Positions 26,524 through 31,772 of a stretch of 31,772 nucleotides of DNA are shown one piece after another; the first letter of the stretch is position 1; each line of letters starts with the position of its first letter. A program made the translations under genes and the position numbers. The notes beneath the pieces were generated by a model, which saw nothing but the letters and a program-made list of their open reading frames with translations, was not told the origin of the DNA and ran no database searches. This stretch comes from a virus (lineage: Duplodnaviria > Caudoviricetes): the IMG/VR virus record IMGVR_UViG_3300032722_000079, positions 1-31,772 of that record, one strand, 5' to 3'.

Positions 26524-27489
26524 TTAAAAGATTCTTACAGATTCCGCCGTCTCAAAAATCATCCTGTCAGAGAGTACTTCACCACCCTGCAGCCTTGGTA
26601 AAAGCTTATAGGTCAAGGTCTCAAGGAATCGGGCAGACCCACCGCATGCTTTCAAAAATGCCGAAGCATGCCCGTTCAAATTCGCAATCTCCGTGGTAAC
26701 CAGATACTGTACATCAGTCAACCCGAGGTCTGCAACCCTCATCCGAAGCTTGAAACGGTCAACCAAATACTCATGCGACTTCCTCGCACGGGCAAGCATC
26801 GTGTAAAAGTTCTCCTGCCCGATAAAGAGCAGTCCGGCTCCCGCCCAGTCATTTATTTGGCGCACAGCATCGAGCAAATCAAGGCTCAAATTCTCAGCTT
26901 CATCTATAATGACCAGACTTTTTGCCTGCTGAAGCTTCTCGCAAATCTTCACCAGCATCTCATAAGCACTCTTTTCCTGCACATCACAAGGCACTGAAAT
27001 CGCCGTCATCAGCTGCTTTCTGGTCATAAATGGCGAGGTTCGTACATAAATAACGTTGGTATTCGATGCCGCATACATTTCAGCAGCCGTAGTCTTTCCC
27101 CGACCGCCAACACCGGTAAGCAACCCCATCAATCCTTGATTCTGGCAAGTCTTTGCCGCCAAAAACACCGCTTCAGAGACCGATGTAGCCACCCGGCGGA
27201 ACTTTCGGGCACTCTTGTTTCCGGAGAAAAACCGTTTCTGCAAAATCCGCTCTAAGGCCGACCGAAGCGCAACCTCAAAGGTTTTGTCCTCACCGGTTTT
27301 CGTGTACCTGCCCGCCATCCAGCTCGACAGCGCCGCACCAGAATACCCGGCTTCCTCGGCAATAAACTTTCTTGTTACCCCGTTACTACTGACGGCCTCA
27401 ACAAGGCGCCTGACCTCATCAGCCGTCATCTGCTGCACCGCTTCCGCACCTGGAAGAGTTTGCACTTCTGTTTGTGTAGTTTCGTTCAT
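26524..27489 (-). CDS. MuB-like AAA+ ATPase (transposition target activator) with N-terminal HTH
   Basis: HTH FIAEEAGYSGAALSSW, Walker A GVGGRGKT, Walker B VIIDEAE; start 27489 preferred (track 27549). Confidence 0.93.
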   Translation of the reverse strand: MNETTQTEVQTLPGAEAVQQMTADEVRRLVEAVSSNGVTRKFIAEEAGYSGAALSSWMAGRYTKTGEDKTFEVALRSALERILQKRFFSGNKSARKFRRVATSVSEAVFLAAKTCQNQGLMGLLTGVGGRGKTTAAEMYAASNTNVIYVRTSPFMTRKQLMTAISVPCDVQEKSAYEMLVKICEKLQQAKSLVIIDEAENLSLDLLDAVRQINDWAGAGLLFIGQENFYTMLARARKSHEYLVDRFKLRMRVADLGLTDVQYLVTTEIANLNGHASAFLKACGGSARFLETLTYKLLPRLQGGEVLSDRMIFETAESVRIF

Positions 27490-27587
27490 TATGGTATTGT
27501 TAATTGTTAGTGTTATGGCTTCATCCTCGACATTAGCGAACCGGATCAACTCAGGTTTGTGGTTGCCGCCTCAAACCTGTACCGGTT

Positions 27588-29819
27588 TTAATAATCATCT
27601 TCATCCCCGGAACTATAGTATTCAAGCTCTCGCTTGCAGTCCGCAACAGCCCTTTCCTGCTCTTCTTTCGCCGTTAAGCGATACCCGCCATCCGTCCCGG
27701 TCATTAGAGCCCTTTCCGCCTCTTTTTGAGCCTGTTCCTCCGCCGCTTTTACCTGTTGGCGTACCACATCAGGCATAACTTCCACCTGGACAAGCTGGTT
27801 AAACCCTTGTTCCGCTGCATTGAGCAATCCTGTTTTTGCTGACCGTCTTGTTGCCCGATGCAGGCTGTTCTTGATGTTTGCAGCCTTATGGTATTCCGCC
27901 ACATCTTCAGGAGTGCCGAGAAATTTTGCCGCTGGATGTATCCCGCCATTCGGGCAGTACTCCTGTGCAAAGCAGATAAACTCTCCGTTAGGATGATAGA
28001 CCGCAACACCATCAATGCGGTCAAAATCGTACCGTACCGTCAACTCCCGCTGTCCCTTCGCCAAATCGTGCAACTCAGGAGAGAAATACTGCCTTCCAAA
28101 GAGCGTTATCCCGTTCCGCTTCAGCGTTCTTGTAATCTGCGGCATCATTAAAAATGTGAGTTCATCCCTCGAAATCAGCCGTTCCGCAAGCAGCTCCTTC
28201 TCCCGTTCCCGCAAGAGTACCAATCCCTCTTCCAGCGCTTCATAAGGGCTTAACCCTCCAATCTTGCTCGTTTTGCTCGTTGGCCGCAGGTTATTTTCAT
28301 GCATCCAGAGCGCTATCAGGTAATGAGCTTCAGCTATTGTCGGCGCCGTATTGAGTTGCAGCTTGGACGCGATTTCCCGGTGCATATATTCCCCACGGCG
28401 AAGGTGTGCCGGCTTCATTGCAATGGATGTACCTGTATAGTTTGGCATACTTCGTTCCATCTCAGCAAAGTTTCCCCAGAACCGCTCAATCGTCTTCTCT
28501 TGGCCGTTGTATGGCTTCGAGTAGTTAATCCCTTTAAATCCAAACGGCTTGAGCTGATCATAAAGGCCAAACCCCCCAACCGCCTCCATAGTCAGCCCCT
28601 TCAACCCGGTGAAATATCTTGATTTGAATGCTTTTCCATTATCGATGTTCATCACCCGTGGCACAAAAGCCATAGCATCGTCACCCGTCAGGATGTTCCC
28701 CAGCCAAAGCATACTCCTGCGCAATGATGACGCAATCGCAGCTGTGTTCTCGCTTGGCATTATCTCCCATCCAAGTATTGCCCTTGAGTACTGATCTTGG
28801 TGGCTGATAAGCATCATCCGCATTGGTTTCCCTGACACAGGGTGCTGGATCTGAAACGCAATTTTATGACCATCCGAAACCATTACATCACCAGGTAAAA
28901 TCCGGTCATTATTCCTCTTGATGAAAGGCGCGCATTTGTCGTTATAGGCTTTTTCACCCTCACGAGCCATTACCACCTGCGATTCATTATTGATATTGTA
29001 CTCTTTCAGGAACCGGCGAACCCGTCTTTCCGTGACTTGCTCAGCACCTCGTTCGTAGAGCTTGCGGTTCACCTTACGCACCACTTCTGATATTTTTGGT
29101 TGATTTCCATGGAGGTAGTACGCAAGTATCAACTCACCTTGCTCCATGGAAATACCTACGACAGCCGATCCCTCACGAGTGTAACGGTAGTTTGGTGCAA
29201 GGCATGAAGGCTGCCCTTTATTTGCCCTCAGCGTCTTGATCCAGAGGTCAATAGTTTTCCATGTTGTCACTCCAAGCCGTTCAAGCAATACCGGCCACTC
29301 ACCAGCCGCATACCGGGCAATAAACGACTCCTTAGCATCCAATATTTTTCCGTGCTGAGCCTTTGCGATCGCCTTTTGATAGGCAGTTACAAGGTCGTAT
29401 CGATCCAGCGCTTTTTGCCTCTGCTGTTCGCTCATTTCATCGAACGGTTTGCAGGTTTTTGCCTTAGATTCTTCCACCTTTTCAGGCATAAAACCGTGCT
29501 CTTTCCGCCACCGCATTTGAGCATCAATTGGTAGAGATGAAAGCGCAATTCGATACTGCATTCCACCATTCCCCTGGACAAACTGAGTGACGTATTTTTT
29601 ACCCTTGCAATTCTTCTTTATAGCACGGTCAGTAATGCCAATAAGGTTCCCAGCTTCTTTCACACTTATCCAAAGGGTTGATTCTTCTATCTTTAATTCT
29701 TCTTTATAGTTAACCAAGGTAGGTACCTTAAAAACTTGGTTCCCACCTTGGTTCCCACCTTGGTTCCCAACTTTTGCTCGACTTTTCAGCACCCCAGTGA
29801 ATGGAATAATGTTGCTCAT
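27588..29819 (-). CDS. MuA-like DDE transposase
   Basis: N-terminal Mu-type HTH (WISVKE...SSLP), VSDGH / IDNGKAF / KTIERFW catalytic triad, C-terminal VRYD domain. Confidence 0.95.
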   Translation of the reverse strand: MSNIIPFTGVLKSRAKVGNQGGNQGGNQVFKVPTLVNYKEELKIEESTLWISVKEAGNLIGITDRAIKKNCKGKKYVTQFVQGNGGMQYRIALSSLPIDAQMRWRKEHGFMPEKVEESKAKTCKPFDEMSEQQRQKALDRYDLVTAYQKAIAKAQHGKILDAKESFIARYAAGEWPVLLERLGVTTWKTIDLWIKTLRANKGQPSCLAPNYRYTREGSAVVGISMEQGELILAYYLHGNQPKISEVVRKVNRKLYERGAEQVTERRVRRFLKEYNINNESQVVMAREGEKAYNDKCAPFIKRNNDRILPGDVMVSDGHKIAFQIQHPVSGKPMRMMLISHQDQYSRAILGWEIMPSENTAAIASSLRRSMLWLGNILTGDDAMAFVPRVMNIDNGKAFKSRYFTGLKGLTMEAVGGFGLYDQLKPFGFKGINYSKPYNGQEKTIERFWGNFAEMERSMPNYTGTSIAMKPAHLRRGEYMHREIASKLQLNTAPTIAEAHYLIALWMHENNLRPTSKTSKIGGLSPYEALEEGLVLLREREKELLAERLISRDELTFLMMPQITRTLKRNGITLFGRQYFSPELHDLAKGQRELTVRYDFDRIDGVAVYHPNGEFICFAQEYCPNGGIHPAAKFLGTPEDVAEYHKAANIKNSLHRATRRSAKTGLLNAAEQGFNQLVQVEVMPDVVRQQVKAAEEQAQKEAERALMTGTDGGYRLTAKEEQERAVADCKRELEYYSSGDEDDY
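29735..29769. repeat. 12-bp tandem repeat CTTGGTTCCCAC (~3 copies) in transposase 5' end
   Basis: Encodes GNQGGNQGGNQ; partial inverted copy AACCAAGGT at 29712-29720. Confidence 0.9.
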
Positions 29820-30028
29820 ACCACTTTACTTAATGTAGTTCTGAAGCTCTTGACAATTTTTTGGCGTTCTTTGAGTTTTCGGTCGAACAGTTCAGCAAGC
29901 TTTGGATTCGGCACTTTTGACATAAATAGTCCCTTGTGTATCTGATCGGTAGGCATATCAAGCTCCTCACCCATCTCTTTGAGTATACCTCTGTATGGGT
30001 GGCACCTGAGATTGACTTTCTTCTTCAT
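29816..30028 (-). CDS. Ner/Cro-like small DNA-binding protein
   Basis: 70 aa basic protein, divergent from repressor, ATGA-coupled to transposase. Confidence 0.7.
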   Translation of the reverse strand: MKKKVNLRCHPYRGILKEMGEELDMPTDQIHKGLFMSKVPNPKLAELFDRKLKERQKIVKSFRTTLSKVV

Positions 30029-30053
30029 TTTTCTTGCTCTTTTGTATCTTTCA

Positions 30054-30090
30054 TTTATCTTTCAGATAAAATATAAATCATTATGATTTA
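30054..30090. promoter_or_regulatory. Putative operators of the lysis/lysogeny switch
   Basis: Adjacent 17-bp palindromes TTTATCT-TTC-AGATAAA (30054-30070) and TAAATCA-TTA-TGATTTA (30074-30090). Confidence 0.65.
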
Positions 30091-30147
30091 ATCACAAAAG
30101 GAAATTATCTTAATCTGATTTAAATAATCAACAAAAACCGCATATAA

Positions 30148-30687
30148 TTGACAGAAAGAGCTGAAATAGGGGCAAGGATAGCAGCTTTTGCTAAGTCAAA
30201 TGGATGGTCTAAATCCTTCCTTGCCAATGTAGTAGGCGTTCACCAGCAAAACGTAAACAGATATTTGACTGGTAAATCAGATCCTAGTAAAATAATAATC
30301 AGTTTGATTAGCTACGGATTGAATCCTGAGTGGGCGAAAACTGGTAAAGGGGAGATGTATGCAGAAAAAAAGGAGGTATTAAAGGAAGGTTCAACGACTG
30401 TTAAACCACTGGTAAACACCTCTGGCCGATTTAACTTTATGAACCCCATAGAGCCTTACTTCTATGAAGCTATCGGCAGAAGGCTCGCAGTACAGGAAGA
30501 AAATATCATGGAAGGAGATGTCCTTATTGTAGATCCAACGCTCCCGGCAGTAAAAGGCGATCTGATTCTCAGGAGTAGCCCTGAAGGTCCAGAATTCGTC
30601 AGGTATCAACCAGGAGAAAAAAATTTGAAAGGAGTTGTTTTAGCGCTCACACGCCAATACCCAGCAACTTACAGGAAAGAGCAATAG
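30148..30687 (+). CDS. Phage repressor (XRE HTH + degenerate S24-like domain)
   Basis: LANVVGVHQQNVNRYLTG HTH; LNPEW..TGKGEM; EGDVLIVDP; TTG start. Confidence 0.85.
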   Translation: MTERAEIGARIAAFAKSNGWSKSFLANVVGVHQQNVNRYLTGKSDPSKIIISLISYGLNPEWAKTGKGEMYAEKKEVLKEGSTTVKPLVNTSGRFNFMNPIEPYFYEAIGRRLAVQEENIMEGDVLIVDPTLPAVKGDLILRSSPEGPEFVRYQPGEKNLKGVVLALTRQYPATYRKEQ

Positions 30688-30728
30688 ATATAACCTTATA
30701 TTTCACTGAAACTTAAACGGAGTTTAAC

Positions 30729-30995
30729 ATGGATGCCACCTTACAATTCATTACCATAACCATTTCTATGATAACCGGGCTTATTTCTTATGCTATAGCT
30801 GGAAATAAAGGGCGCACTGGGAGTTCGCAGGCATTGTGGTTCTCGATAGGTTTTTTATTTAATCTTTTCGGTATAGCGGCATCATTACTTATTTCGAATG
30901 TAAAAGTATGTCCATCCTGCAAGGAGTCCGTAAAGTCTGACGCCATACTCTGCAAGCATTGCGGATCAAAACTTGAAGCTCAGAATACCGCCTGA
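30729..30995 (+). CDS. Two-TM membrane protein with C-terminal zinc ribbon, copy 1
   Basis: Hydrophobic segments, IAxNKG, CPSC...CKHC. Confidence 0.8.
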   Translation: MDATLQFITITISMITGLISYAIAGNKGRTGSSQALWFSIGFLFNLFGIAASLLISNVKVCPSCKESVKSDAILCKHCGSKLEAQNTA

Positions 30996-31031
30996 TCACC
31001 GGAAAACTTTCTTGTTTCTTTTGTCATATTG

Positions 31032-31165
31032 AAGGCGATCTGATTCTCAGGAGTAGCCCGGAAGGCCCGGAATTCGTCAGGTATCAACCAGGAGACAAAA
31101 ATTTGAAAGGAGTAGTTTTAGCCATCACACGACAATACCCAGCAACCTACAGAAAAGAGCTATAG
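31032..31165 (+). pseudogene. Duplicated 3' fragment of a repressor gene
   Basis: Matches 30554-30687 with 11 substitutions; no start codon seen immediately upstream in frame. Confidence 0.85.
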
Positions 31166-31206
31166 ATATAACATTATATTTTATAAATACTTAAACGGGT
31201 TTTAAC

Positions 31207-31473
31207 ATGGATGTCCCTTACCCAGTAATAGCCGTGTTCGTTTCCATCTTTACAGGCCTTATCTCTTATGCTATAGCGGAAAATAAAGGACACACAGGAA
31301 ATTCACTTTGGTTGTGGTTTGCAATCGGATTTTTATTCAATGTTTTAGGTGTAGTGGCATCTTTACTGATTTCAAAAGTTAAAGTATGCCCATCCTGCAA
31401 GGAGTCCGTCAAGTCTGACGCCATACTCTGCAAGCATTGCGGATCAAAACTCGAAACCGCAATTCCAGCTTGA
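31207..31473 (+). CDS. Two-TM membrane protein with C-terminal zinc ribbon, copy 2
   Basis: Paralog of 30729-30995 at a 478-bp offset. Confidence 0.8.
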   Translation: MDVPYPVIAVFVSIFTGLISYAIAENKGHTGNSLWLWFAIGFLFNVLGVVASLLISKVKVCPSCKESVKSDAILCKHCGSKLETAIPA

Positions 31474-31620
31474 TCTACCGGCAATATTTCCTAAACCATA
31501 GGTAAATTTCCCCAGGAAAACGGCAAAATTCCGGCAATTCAAGAAATGAAAATTTTCCGCCCAAAAACCCGCAAACCCGCACCACCAAAGGCCATGCGGT
31601 TTTCTCTCCCTCTCTCTCTT

Positions 31621-31646
31621 TTTCTGATATTGCCGGTCTCTTTATA
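31621..31646 (-). repeat. Right prophage end (terminal inverted repeat)
   Basis: Reverse complement TATAAAGAGACCGGCAATATCAGAAA aligns to the left end; related CCGGCAAT motifs occur at 31478 and 31531 in the opposite orientation. Confidence 0.85.
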
Positions 31647-31772
31647 GGTACGCAGTGCGCAGATTGAGTATCGCAAATCCTGGAGTCGTTGGCTCTTTGC
31701 GCAGAGCATCAACCTCTGTTTTGTCGCTGACAAGTTGCAGTTCAACAGCATTAGTCCATCCGGCCACTCTCT
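31647..31772 (-). pseudogene. Upstream part of the same interrupted TonB-dependent receptor-like gene
   Basis: Minus-strand frame reads RVAGWTNAVELQLVSDKTEVDALRKEPTTPGFAILNLRTAY and joins the left flank in frame through the GTACC duplication. Confidence 0.8.

Larger units (their letters stand above)
127..31646. mobile_element. Mu-like transposable prophage (siphovirus-type tail), complete with both ends
   Basis: Encodes DDE transposase, AAA+ B protein, repressor/ner, Mu-type head genes and tail genes. Flanked by a 5-bp direct repeat and imperfect terminal inverted repeats; host ORF is restored on removal. Confidence 0.95.

Noticed and set aside
31601-31620. CT-rich microsatellite-like tract
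   Set aside because: Short and imperfect; lies where a second end-binding site could be, but the match is too weak to call.
31539-31751. 70-aa ORF at the right edge
   Set aside because: Spans the phage-host junction in a different frame from the TBDR-like host gene.

Overview
The window holds a complete, apparently intact Mu-like (transposable) prophage of 31,520 bp (127..31646). It is inserted into a host TonB-dependent-receptor-like gene, with a perfect 5-bp target duplication (GGTAC at 122-126 and 31647-31651). Removing the element restores the host reading frame, which fixes its termini as TATAA...TTATA instead of the canonical TG...CA. Right to left: duplicated repressor-tail/membrane zinc-ribbon cassette, repressor, ner-like gene, DDE transposase A, AAA+ B protein, early genes, a tRNA-like element, gemA, an inverted head-packaging block (small/large terminase, portal, F, G, mor), protease/scaffold, capsid, gp36, lysis genes, a diversity-generating retroelement (DGR), an orphan DNA methylase and a minimal non-contractile tail module. 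Highlights: (1) a compact DGR with no avd gene (target-VR/hairpin/TR/RT; 20 of 22 TR-VR differences at template adenines) followed by two translationally coupled small genes; (2) the non-canonical transposon ends; (3) a probable -1 frameshift fusing portal to the MuF head protein; (4) a non-canonical tRNA-like RNA; (5) an AP2 domain fused to a degenerate MazG-like domain. All protein calls come from motif recognition and gene order, not database searches.
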